From NCBI GenBank assembly GCA_032718475.1, contig JAUCBJ010008257.1, positions 7,624-71,623 of the forward strand: 64,000 nucleotides of DNA, read 5' to 3'. The DNA is from Nemertoderma westbladi. Lineage: Eukaryota > Animalia > Xenacoelomorpha. The notes under the pieces are model-generated. The model had not been told where the DNA came from. It saw only the letters and a program-made list of their open reading frames with translations, and ran no database searches. Positions 49,779 through 61,406 of the stretch are shown here, in pieces (the stretch's first letter is position 1; each line of letters starts with the position of its first letter). The translations under genes and the position numbers were made by a program.

Positions 49779-51392
49779 ATGTCTGACGCAAGACATAACC
49801 TATCAGACAGTCTACTAGATACAACCGAGAGCGAAGTGACGGCAGAGAAGCCGCATAAGAGGGATGCCATTGACATCTACCTGTCAGACTATCAGCGTTT
49901 CGTAGGTGATGAAGAGTTGCGGAGAAGACTAGATGGGCTTAGCCCTAATAGTGAAGGAGCCCAGCGTGTGTTGGATGCAATTGATGTGGATAGGTTAGCG
50001 GCGAACCAAGCTAAATTCGATGAACAACTCCGCATCGCTAGAGACCAAGAAGAACAATTAAAGAAAAAACGTATAGAAGATAGAAAGGCAGCGGCAGTGG
50101 CAGCAGCAGTGGCAGAGGCAGAAGCGGAAAGAAAGGCGGCAGCAGCAGTGGCAGAGGCAGAGGCAGAAGCGGAAAGAAAGGCGGCAGCAGCAGTGGCAGA
50201 GGCGGAAAGAAAGGCAGCAGTGGCAGAGGCCGAAGCGGAAAGGAAAGCGGCAGCAGCAGTGGCAGCGGCAGAAGCCGAAAGAAAAACAGCAGAGGCAGTG
50301 GCAGAAGCAGAACGGAGGGCATCTGAAGAGGCAACCCAACTAGAGTTGGAAAATCTTCAAGAGAGGCAAGACAACTTCAATAAACAGTTAACAGCTAGTA
50401 ATATGCAGATGATGAGTCGATCTACTCCCAAAAGACAGGGGTATACATCATCTGAAGAAGGCGATACCACCGATACTGAAGGCAAAGGAAATAGATCTCG
50501 TCTAAGTAGACGTAAAAGAACATTCCACCGTCAGAAATTGCCTGATTTGCCTCCAGCTGTTAGAAGGCAACTCAATAACACCAACTTAGGTAGTACAGAG
50601 CCCACAGACCAAATAATTAAAATAGAAAGACTCCCTACTATAGTAGATGAGCCTGAAATAATTAGGCCTGTTCTTGAAATCACCCCTTCGGTGATAGACA
50701 CACCTGTGCTCCCTGAAACTACCTCTAAATTCCCTCTGCATAGCACTAAGCTACCTGTGCCCCGTAGAACTGCCCAGGAGACAGTTCAGGTCCTGGACCC
50801 CGAGCGAAATATTCCAAATTTGTCGCCCGTTGTCCCTCGTCTGCCCGCTACGACGTTGGCGGATCCCGTTTCGGCGGTTGATTGGGTAGACGAGAGACGG
50901 CGGGGGATGGATATCCTGCTCGGGCAGATGCAGGAGACTGTCCAGCAATTCAAGGGCACAGTAAGGAAAAGTAGGCTAGAGTTGCAAGAAGTGCAGCAAA
51001 GTATCGCGCTTGAACGCGATAAATTAGTAAAGAGACGACGCCGTGGATCTGAACCTCCCCACCGCGAGTGGATCCTTCATGAAGATCAGAGAGAGCGATT
51101 GGAGCTCTGGAACATCAGACGTCTCGCAGGGATTCTCACCTCTCCTGCAGGGAGCGACGGACCACTATAGCTCCTGGAATCTGCTTTGTAAGGCCGTCGT
51201 GTACTTAGAGCGATGTTTCTATCGTCACTATTCCAGGACGAAGAGGAAACCTGGAATTGTATTCGGGATGCAGCGACTCAATCACCCAGTCGGTCGTTTG
51301 TGTTTACCGGAAGGGAATGGAGGACTCTCCGGAAACTGTGGAAGGCAAGATTCTCTTCCCACGACCACCTCCCTAATCCTTCAAACATCTAG
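49779..51392 (+). pseudogene. Unknown element-borne protein with AEAERKAAA helical repeats; open to 51170, same frame continues past two stops to 51392
   Basis: 463-aa ORF in a GC-richer island. After TAG (51168) and TAA (51189) the frame reads LLESAL*GRRVLRAMFLSSLFQDEEETWNCIRDAATQ...NPSNI*. Confidence 0.55.
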
Positions 51393-54300
51393 GGACTCCA
51401 TAACGTAACAACATATGGAGTGGGTGTGTGACTCTATTATTTTATATTATTTTATTATTTTTATATTTCTGTATGGATTACTATGTAATTTTATTATAAT
51501 CGTTTTCTTTAATTTTATTCAGTAGAATGTTATTTTAGCGATTATTTTGTAGAATAGTGCAATATATTCGTGTTTATTACGTACGTAATTACTTATATTA
51601 TATTTAGTGAGACGGCGAAGAAATAAGTATTTTTCTCTTTCCTTACTGTCCGTATTATATTATAAATACGTAACTACAGTAAGATGAAATGTCCGTACTT
51701 ATTAAAGTACAATAAAGCCACTACTATATTTAAGTATTATTGGTAGGCAGAGTATTAGGAATGCAAAGTTCAGATCCTCGTGTCTCGGCTAAACCAAGCT
51801 CTGGGTAGACCTTGGAAACGACTTGCCTCTTCACACTGACATTGCTTCGTACAATATTGCTCTCATACCGTATATTAAATAATACATATAGTAGCGTGAT
51901 GTCCCTTTAACAGTAGCGTATAACGCAAAATAAATCTGTTAAACCCTTTGACCATCTGTAATTCTAGTCGATTAAGATATCGTGGCACCCACCGATATAC
52001 TTGAAAGACAAATTATAGAATCAGTGGTTAACGTCCCCAGACAAGTTCTGGAATAAATCGGTGCCCATCTCAAATATTAATTAGTTAATATTTACAAATC
52101 AAATAAGTCAAAATCTGTAAATTTCAGATCCTTCAACAATTCTAGTCAATTAAGATATCGTAGCATTTACCGATATTCTTAAAGAGACAATTTTCTTAGA
52201 ATTAAGGATCTTGTGTCCCTAGACAAGTTCTAGAATCAAAATATGTCCATTTAATTATCAAATAATAAAATTTCAGGGAATAAATTTAAATTCATGTCTT
52301 TTAATGAATTTAATAAATTGCCATTTTACGCAATTTATAACATTCCCAAAATTCCATTAATTAATAGATCAAGGGAGCGGAGATTTATATTATCATGCGT
52401 ATGAGTGTGTGAAAGTCTCCCAAACATAGTCAATAGCCGATAAAATTCATAAAGTCATGTATAAAACAGAACATTGACTATTAAAGAATACTATTAAATA
52501 ACATCCCAGATCTGTATGCATTGGAATTACTCTAATTCTACCGCTAGCTTTGCATAATGTCACCATAGCAACAACCACGCTAGAATTAGAATTGAGTTAA
52601 AAGAACAATAGAAAGCTTGTCCCATTAAATAGCATAAGGAATAAATAGCGCACTACTAGTATCCAAAGATACATAATAATACAGTGACATTCTGGAAGGC
52701 ATTGACTAACGGACTAATGGCCCGAATGTGTGTAATTTGTGACAAGTTGTGTGTGTGGTATTTGTGAGTTTATAGGTGTTGGCAAATATACCAAAGGGCT
52801 AACTTTGCAAGCTCTTTTTCCGCTATTGTGCTAACTTTTCCAAAGTGCTAACTCAAAGTGCTAACTCGTGGTCCTTGCAATCTGAAACTTTGTCAAAACG
52901 TTTTTTAGACCATTTCCCACAAGTTAGCGTTTTACCACTTTTGCAGTCCAGTGTGTCATGTGTATAAAAAACTTGGCCCCCCTTAGCGGCATTATGGGAA
53001 TTGGTACTTTTCAAACACACTTAAACACTCAAGAGTATGGAATGGCCATAATGCTAACTTACAAACACACTTCTTACACTTACATTCCATTTGTACCAAC
53101 TACCAAGTGCTAAATGATTATAAGACCGCAAATACCCTAATACGCTAACTCGCTGAATGTTAATTGCGAATACCCCTCCGTTTCGCGAATAGCCAATTGC
53201 ACACGTAATTACCTAATAATAAAAGCGTTTTGCACAAACTGCGGGAGCGCTAAAGTCTTAACTTATTACTTTTAGATAGTCTTTGAAAGTACTCTATACA
53301 AAGTCCTAACCCGATAACTGTGTATTGTCATGGAAACGTAATGGTTTCTTACCTGGACATCCATACAATGTATTTCAATTTATTGCACAGGCGACATATT
53401 ATTATGTAGTGAGTGATTGCCGTGAAATGGAAAACCTAGATATATTGACAATCGTTATTTCAAAATTCATCCGGTCTAATTGTTGAGATACCCCAAATTG
53501 AGGTTCTAAATTTGTGAAAATATTAGTGAAACAATTTTATGGTTAAAGAGAAAACTCTATTTGTTTTTATGTAGAGTAATGCGTAATTTTATTCCACAAA
53601 GTTGCCTTTTCTTTTATAGCAGTTAAATTGCAATAATTAATGCATTATAGGCGTACCTAAACGTGCGCTATTTTTATGAAAATTAATAACTTGTTACATT
53701 ATGTCAACTTCTCGATGTCGTGATATCCTCGTAACGCAGCTAAGTAATAATCACTAACTTAGTAACAATAAACTTCTATAACAAATATTGATAGTATTTC
53801 CCATTACTGATAACCATTGATTGTAGGCGAAGTGTAAGTTTAGTTGATGTACCAACTGCAATTAATTGCATAAAAAGGATATGAATTTTATGAATATTCC
53901 TAAACATTACAATATTAACGCTAATAATTAAGCATTCAGAACGCCCTTAAATTGACATAATTTAACAAAATGGCACCATTTTCTTAAAAGGGCACTGTCA
54001 ACGTTTATGAATGAATGACCCTTGTATATTTATGGAAACATCCCTCGCCACCCTCACTCGGTACATAAATACTGCTTATGTGAAACCTTTCACACAATCA
54101 TGTAAAATAGTTATAGTTTCACTTTTATAAATTTACAATATTTGCAGGAAAAAATAATACAATTCAATCATTATTCGTGTAACATCAGTTATAAATCGGT
54201 AAAATATGAAAGTTCCTTTACATAAATCATTACGTCGGTATTTCTGACTTTTATTGTCTGCTATATTTTAATTTTTTTTACCTATTATAAATAATTGTTT

Positions 54301-55073
54301 TTACTTTCTCTCGTGTTATTTTAATTTTCGTTGGTTAGTCAATCACACTTATATTCAATTTGTACTAAGTGCTAAATGATTGTAAGACCGAAAATACCCT
54401 AATACGCTAACTCGCCGAATGTTGATTGCAAATACCCGGCTCCGTTTCGCAAATAACCAATTTCACATTGAACACTTAAAAATAAAACCGTTTGCATAAA
54501 CTCCGGGAGCGCTAAAGTCCTAACTTATACTTTCTTTTGAAAGTACTTTATACAAAGTCCTAACCCGATAATTTTGTATTGTCATGGAAACCTAATGGTT
54601 TCTTACCTGGACATTGACAACTAGTCTAATGAAACATAGGCAAACCGAAATTTATTCCCAGACTGAAACGAATAAGAATGGTGAAATGGAAAACTTACAC
54701 ATAGATAAAATATCGTAATTAGAATATTTCCTCGTTTCGTCTATTGTTGAGATATAATAAAATACATAAAACACAAATTCAAACTGTGGCAAATTTAATT
54801 TGGGTTGTAAATTGGTGAAATTAGTTAGTGAAACAATAAATATAATATGCGTCAGATTAATAATTGACAATTGTTAAAATTCAAAACAATTAAAATTCAC
54901 TATAATGATAGTGTTGCGATATATGGCGTTGTGTACTAGAACAACCCATTATACAGTATAGAGTAATTTAGATAAGCCATTAAGTGCATTGATAAGTGCA
55001 TTGATGAAGCCAGATTGTTTAAATATAAAATCGGATTTAAATAAAAAAATCTGATTTAAATAAGAAAAAAGTG

Positions 55074-55473
55074 ATTTAAATGGGTGACTACAAAACAAAG
55101 ACCAAAGACCTAAATAATAAAGACCTACGTAATCTTGAAACATGTGTTAACTTTCGTTTATTGTTTTGGTTCTCCCAACAAGCCTCTGTAACATGCTCCT
55201 TTACTAGACCTGTTCCATTAAATGGCAATGTAACCTAACGCTCTTTGACACCTGTACAAAACAAAGAGGTAAAGTCGCGTTACGTCCTAAAGGGGATTAG
55301 GTCCCATTGCCATATAGCGTTAGGTCCCATTGCCATTTACAGGAGCAGGTTAGTAAAGGAGCAGGTTACAGAGGCGTGTTTGGGGAACCAAAACAAAAAA
55401 CGAAAGTTAACACATGTGTTTCATACAGGTCTTTGTTATTTGGGTCTTTGCTTTTTAGTCACCCGATTTAAAT
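55074..55473. mobile_element. Foldback MITE (about 170-bp inverted arms)
   Basis: GGGTGACTA...CATGTGTTAACTTTCGTTT...CCTCTGTAAC...TGGCAATG..CCTAACGCT mirrored on the right arm. The AACCAAAACAATAAAC / AGGTTACAG motif also occurs near 9515, 12900, 15180-15290, 17270 and 44560. Confidence 0.75.
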
Positions 55474-55552
55474 GAAAAAAAATCTGATTTAAATCAAATA
55501 AATCTGATTTAAACAAAAAAAAATCTGATTTTTTTTATTTAAAAAAAAATTT

Positions 55553-56689
55553 GCTATATCATCCGCTTCTTCAAGGCCAGTGTCCTTTAAGATGCGTCTC
55601 AAGAAAGTCATGGTCTGTCCACCATGCTTATTCAGTCCATGAGGCTGCCAAAGTAAAGTTTATGCACTGGCTGGTCCTCACGGTGAAAGCAATGTCCTGC
55701 AAAGCGGAGGCAATTTTGTTCTAGTATCAAGCCTGGGGGAACCAATGAGACACCTCCAATGTTATATAGTGTCTGGTTGGAGATGTGTGCATTGTACTTG
55801 ACACAATGTACCCGGCGTAGCATTCTTGTGAATGTGCCATCCAGAGATTTGGTGTCCTCAGCAGTTAGAGCCCAACATGGACTCCCATAGAGAGGTGCTG
55901 GAACTACTGCTGCTCTAAATAATCGGACCTTAAGTTTCCGATTAATTCTCGGTGACTTCCACATCCTGCAAAGCATATTCAAGGCTGCCCATGCCTTTCC
56001 CTTACGTATTCGAAGGACCTCATCTGACTTCTGGATCCATGATCCCAGGTAACAGAAGTCGTCCACATGCTCATGCATACCATCCTTTGAGCTTATGCTC
56101 ATCCGATCAGAGACTTGCTGAGGTCTTTCAAAGTTAACTGTCAAAAGTTTAGTCTTTCTCGAGTTAATAAAAAGACCAACACTAGAAGCAGCATGTTCTA
56201 ATGAGCTGAGGAGCCGTTGGGCTCCCTCTAGTGATTCTGAGAGTACTCCTAAGTTATCAGCAAAGTCTAGATCAGTTAGGTACTTGGCAGGATTTCCTCG
56301 ACTTCTGGAGCCAGTAGGTGGACTTATCAACACCCAATCATCATTATGATGATCTAAGGACGTGCGTAGAACATAGTCAACCACAATTATGAACAAGAAT
56401 GGTGCAAGTGTGTCTCCCTGGAGGACGTCCCATTACACTTCAAATGGTTCTCTGTCACCGTCAACTGTAGAGACAAATGTTGTCGAACCATCATCGTATA
56501 CTGATCTGATTGCTGCAATAATTTCATCAGGAATCCCATATAATGAAACTATGCTGAACATACCTGAGAGAGAGACTGAATCAAAGGCCTTGAAGAAGTC
56601 AACAAAGATAACAGCCAGATGCCTATCTTTCTTTTTTGATAACTCTTCAATTATCCTTCGGGTATCCTATGGGCTCCATGGTCCCACGA
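55553..56689 (-). mobile_element. RTE-clade LINE fragment (same family as 33950-35325)
   Basis: VVDYVLR..YLTDLDFADNL...DFCYLGSWI...LRFAGHC; reverse complement of about 34075-35220. Confidence 0.92.
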
Positions 56690-56798
56690 ATGCCGAATTG
56701 GCCGAATGCCAAAATAAGGATCACGAGACGAATTACAGAAATGATGAAATGTTTGATCCTGTTTAAACACTTAGTTAGTAGGCATACAACATGAATAA

Positions 56799-57055
56799 AC
56801 CATGCAGTTAGGTGTATAATAATACTGTTCGGGTTTGCAGTTAGCACAACATTAATTAGACCATGCAGTTAGGTGTATAATAATACTGTTCGGGTTTGCA
56901 GTTAGATCAACCTTAAATAGACCATGCAGTTAGGTGTATAATAATACTGATCGGGTTTGCAGTTAGCACAACATTAATTAGACCTTGCAGTTAGGTGTAT
57001 AGTAATACTGTTCAGGTTTGCAGTTAGCACAACATTAATAGACAATGCAGTTAGG
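56799..57055. repeat. 61-bp tandem repeat, about 4 copies
   Basis: ACCATGCAGTTAGGTGTATAATAATACTGTTCGGGTTTGCAGTTAGCACAACATTAATTAG at 61-bp spacing. Confidence 0.9.
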
Positions 57056-57209
57056 GCTATGGTATATGTGTAGTCTTTACCACCCTTGTACTCTAGCGAC
57101 CTTCCAGAGAATTTGTTAGTTAGGTGTATAGTTGATTTGCATGCGTCTGGAACAGTTAGCACTTTGGACGAAAAAGAGCACGTTAGCGTTTCGAGTGGTT
57201 TGCCGGTAT

Positions 57210-57211
<2 letters not shown>

Positions 57212-57249
<38 letters not shown>
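57212..57249. repeat. (GT)n microsatellite
   Basis: Direct inspection. Confidence 0.95.
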
Positions 57250-57252
<3 letters not shown>

Positions 57253-59689
57253 CTTAAGTCCTACACCTTTAGTCAAACTGAGATATAAAAAAATAGATTT
57301 TAATGTTTTTATTATTTTTATTGACATTAAAACAATTATATTATCCCATCACATTACATTACATGCTTAGAGTAAACCTACAGTACATCTTCCACCGCAG
57401 TTATTTCTTTCTGTTTATCATCATCATCAGTCGCAGTTAAACGCTTTCTCATGAAAAAGTGTAGAGCCTCATACCCGCCAACACGTTTTGCTGAGCAGTA
57501 TCGCAGACAGTTATCCCTTATGTTTAAGTGGAACGTGCATTTACTTTCCACTGTAGTGAATCGGTCGTGAAATCGACAAGGCGTTAAATAATCGTGATAT
57601 TGCTTATATATTCCCAATTTCTCCACCGAATTTGGCTCGAGAACATCGAGTTGGGAAACTAATATTGCCCGCTTCATCAACCCAAATACATGAATATTTT
57701 TTTTATATTTTAAATGTCTCTTCATATATTTTTTAAAGTCATCTTGAGAAATGTCCCCGTAGTGAGTGAGAAGTCATATCCCGTAAATTGTTTACGTGAG
57801 CTGCATCTAAAGCTGATAACTTAATATTAGACGGGCCTTTAATTAAAAACGTCTTTACATTAGTTTTGGTGTAATTAGAATCGAAAATAGCAAATTCTTT
57901 AAATACTACAGGCACGTTCCACGGTAAAGTACGTGACTGTCAGAGACCAATTTTTACATTCTTTTGCAAATTACATATATACAACAGTCTTCATAGTGCA
58001 TCAACTTGTGATATTCTGAGAGACAAAGTATTCTGCTACACGTTTAGTATAGAAGCTAAACTTCTTATTGTAGATGGCATTAGTAATCATCAACCAAACG
58101 CAGGTAAAGTACGTGACGCGCAGAAATTTTAAAATATATATTTTTTAATGTAAGTCCAAAATCCAGCGAATTGAGCACCTTGAGGTAATAAATGAGCACA
58201 CAGCAGCCAAGAGGTAATATTGCTGTTTCCAAAACAGCCTTTATTGACATTTCAAACCTAACGCAATTCAGTGAATTTGATGTAAAACAAAGTAAAGTAC
58301 GTGACATTGCCAAGTAAAGTACGTGACCCATGCGATTTCATCCTAATATCCAAATCTATTTCACCCCGCTTCCATGCGGCAATATGTTTTTACAATCCAA
58401 TTTGGTAACGAAATTAACTAGATACAGATTCTATCATATTTTTAAAGACCGGGTGATTGAAAATAATAATCAAATTTTCATTAACTAATATTAGGGGTAG
58501 GCCTACGGTTATTATAGTCCGTGTTTCGCTATTACACACACTGGTGATATCATGTATTGTCTTTTTTATTGTGCAGTAGTCGCAGTTCGCATAGCTGATG
58601 GTGGATTGCTTATTCTTGATGACGTTGCTACGGCCCTAGCTGTATCTGTGTCGAGGTTACCGCTACGCGCTATGAGTACTGGCATGTTTCTAATTAATTA
58701 GAACCACTAAAGTCCTTGGGAAAATGTTGCTGTCATCTTATTAACCATGGGCCATGCACGTGTTAGCAATTATTGATAATATTTAATTGGTTGTCTCTGA
58801 GGAAACAATAGTTCATAACAAATGGACTTATATCACCCCACCCTGATCTGGTAGACATATGTTATATCGTTTTGCAGGCTTCAGTTGCAGGTGGATAGAG
58901 TTGTCATCCAATAGACGCCGAGCTCCAGGTGGCCTGATGGGCAGGATTCACAGTGTGTGATGCGCTGGCACTGCTTAAGTGGTCAGTTATAGTCCATACA
59001 ACCGTCACCTACTTTACGAAAAAATATTTTTATGTCACGTACTTTACGAAAAAATATTTTTATGTCACGTACTTTACCATTGTAAATGTGTCAAAAGCAC
59101 AGAATTTTCGAGAAATGTTCACCGCAAAACATGTAAATATACTTTAATATTGTAGATTCCAATTTTAGTTCCCTTGGAGCTAAATTTGACTTTATAAAAT
59201 AAAATAATACATATTTTTGGTAAAGTACGTGACATTCAAATTGCCTCATGCAAAAATCAAAAGTATTAGTCAGTCAACTCGTTTTAGATCATGAACAACG
59301 TGGCATTGCATTCCCAAAATGTATATATTCCATCTGAAAAGGCTGAAAATAGCAAAACTGTATTGCATTGTATCAAATTTTCAAAAAACAAAATGTCTCC
59401 AATTTTGACAAAAAAATTGAAATTTTAACGCACCAGCTACCAGAGCAATTTACGATACTAAAATTTATAAATTTGAGATTTATAGTTTCAGATTCGTATT
59501 CTGCGATAAATTTCGATCTAGTAAAAGTTCACAAAAGCCAACAATACCTAACTTTTAGAAATGAGCCCTTGGTTGACGTTATCGTGGAACGTGCCTACAG
59601 GATACTCTTTATTGTCTATCTTATAATATTGAAAATCAACAAAAATAATATTATCCATTTTATCTGATAAACAAAAGTTAAATGATTAA

Positions 59690-60142
59690 TTACAAAGTTT
59701 GTTGGTTTAATTTATAATAATTAACAAGCCATTTATATAATATAATTTCATTGATTTCCACATTATTTGTAAACGCCCTCATTGGATAGATTGTGTGAAT
59801 ACGATTTACCAAATAATAAAGACAGTATAGACCGCATGTGGTCCTCCTGGGGTCTTGAAATTGTTTGCGTGTAGTACGCCACCTTGCGGAATTTTTCTCA
59901 AGCCATTTTTCGATGCATCTGTTTGGATATTTTGGTCCAAACGAGTCAAATACTTCGGCCTCATTATCTCGTATATATATCGCGATCCAATGAATCCCGG
60001 GCAGATGCTCTCTATCGGTATTTACTATCAAGCCATAATCCTGCCGCTTATTATTATCTAATTTAGGTAATTTATTAGCTGGAAACGCGCCCAAATAGTG
60101 ACCACCCACTGGAAACATATCAAGGTCCTCTGTAGATAACAT
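59690..60142 (-). CDS. Adenain-like (C5) cysteine maturation protease
   Basis: YLGAFPANKLP...IVNTD...PGIHWIAI...FDSFG...QFQ...TTCGLYCLYYL: catalytic His/Asp/Cys plus oxyanion Gln in adenain order. Confidence 0.93.
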   Translation of the reverse strand: MLSTEDLDMFPVGGHYLGAFPANKLPKLDNNKRQDYGLIVNTDREHLPGIHWIAIYIRDNEAEVFDSFGPKYPNRCIEKWLEKNSARWRTTRKQFQDPRRTTCGLYCLYYLVNRIHTIYPMRAFTNNVEINEIILYKWLVNYYKLNQQTL

Positions 60143-60144
60143 AC

Positions 60145-61404
60145 TTAATCGATATGTATTTCTTTCCTGCTATTTAAACTTAATGATTGATCATAAATAT
60201 TAAAAACAATTACATTTATGGTTTCAACCAACGGTTCGGCAAATCTTAATTTTAATTGACCGTTAGTATATATCGTGGGTTGCGGATCTCTAACATAGCC
60301 GTCGGCGGTTAGGTCCCAGGATAGGAGGGGGCAATTACCTAAGTAGGTTTCATGGTCTATATTATTACCTCCATAACCGTTAATATATGTATTAATGTTT
60401 TTCATTAATTGAGTATACTCAAAAATATATGTTCCATCTGTAAAATTAAGCTCGTATATTACACCCCCTACTGGAAGACCGTCTACAATCAGTTCCGCGC
60501 GTCTAAGGTTAAAATGTTCAAATTTCAAGGGATTGCTAATTAATTCTCCCGAATAAGCGTTATTTGTTATGAAGCCAATAATAACTAATTTGGGTTTTTT
60601 ACCATCAAATATGTTTGTTTGGGTGTAATTTGTGGTTTGAGCGGGAATAGTAAATGTTGTCACCTCCTTTTTTTGAAATTGATATTCAATATCGTAACTC
60701 TCTAAACCTTTTAGGTGACTGCTTTCTATTACTGGATTAACCTCCATTCTAGGGATTAGAATCTTTATTTCATCTAATTCTAGTCGAAGATTTGTCACAG
60801 CGTTTGCGTTTGGAGTGATTTTAAAAATAAACGAATTTGATACTTTTCTAAAATGCATTCTTAAATCATACCCGGGTTGTATTATTTTAGTTTCAGTATC
60901 AAAATCAATCGTCAATCCACTTACAAATTGCATTTGTTTACTAAAGGCATCGGCAATAGGATGCGCGCCGGGATCAATTTCATTTCCGTGTTCAGATAAA
61001 GGTTGATGAAAGCCACCCGCACCCAGTAGCCCATTTTTATCCTCGTAAGTTGTAAATAATAAATTGGATAAGTACGACTTGTAGAAATAATGGTTATTGC
61101 TATTTTCAACCTGCTTCTCATTAAGGTCTATTTTAATATCACTCCACATAGTTTCAGCTGGGTAATTCAGCATATAAATATGGGAGTTTTCAAGTCGCCT
61201 ATCCCAGCGTACTGTACATTTTGTAATTAATAACGCGTCTTGCAGTTTCGTATAGAATTCATTGGATCTGGGTACAAGGAAGGTGACCTCCCTAGATTCA
61301 CTACGGAGATTAGATACGGGGTAAATTGTTTCATAATGCTTTGCTTTAAATTCAGTCTGTATTGGCTGTGTAGAAAATAAATCTAATTCCTTAATAATTG
61401 ACAT
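60145..61404 (-). CDS. Major capsid protein (double jelly-roll; Polinton PY / hexon-like)
   Basis: 419 aa; ELDLFSTQPIQT...IYPVSNL...FYTKL, NNHYFYKSYL, NIFDGKKPKLVIIGF...AYSG..SNPLKFEHF, WDLT, GQLKLRFAEPL: motifs typical of Maverick MCP. Confidence 0.88.
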   Translation of the reverse strand: MSIIKELDLFSTQPIQTEFKAKHYETIYPVSNLRSESREVTFLVPRSNEFYTKLQDALLITKCTVRWDRRLENSHIYMLNYPAETMWSDIKIDLNEKQVENSNNHYFYKSYLSNLLFTTYEDKNGLLGAGGFHQPLSEHGNEIDPGAHPIADAFSKQMQFVSGLTIDFDTETKIIQPGYDLRMHFRKVSNSFIFKITPNANAVTNLRLELDEIKILIPRMEVNPVIESSHLKGLESYDIEYQFQKKEVTTFTIPAQTTNYTQTNIFDGKKPKLVIIGFITNNAYSGELISNPLKFEHFNLRRAELIVDGLPVGGVIYELNFTDGTYIFEYTQLMKNINTYINGYGGNNIDHETYLGNCPLLSWDLTADGYVRDPQPTIYTNGQLKLRFAEPLVETINVIVFNIYDQSLSLNSRKEIHID

Positions 61405-61406
61405 TA

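Noticed and set aside
50038-50339. Cys-rich and Leu/Pro-rich minus-strand ORFs (metallothionein-like appearance)
   Set aside because: Antisense reading of the AEAERKAAA repeat.
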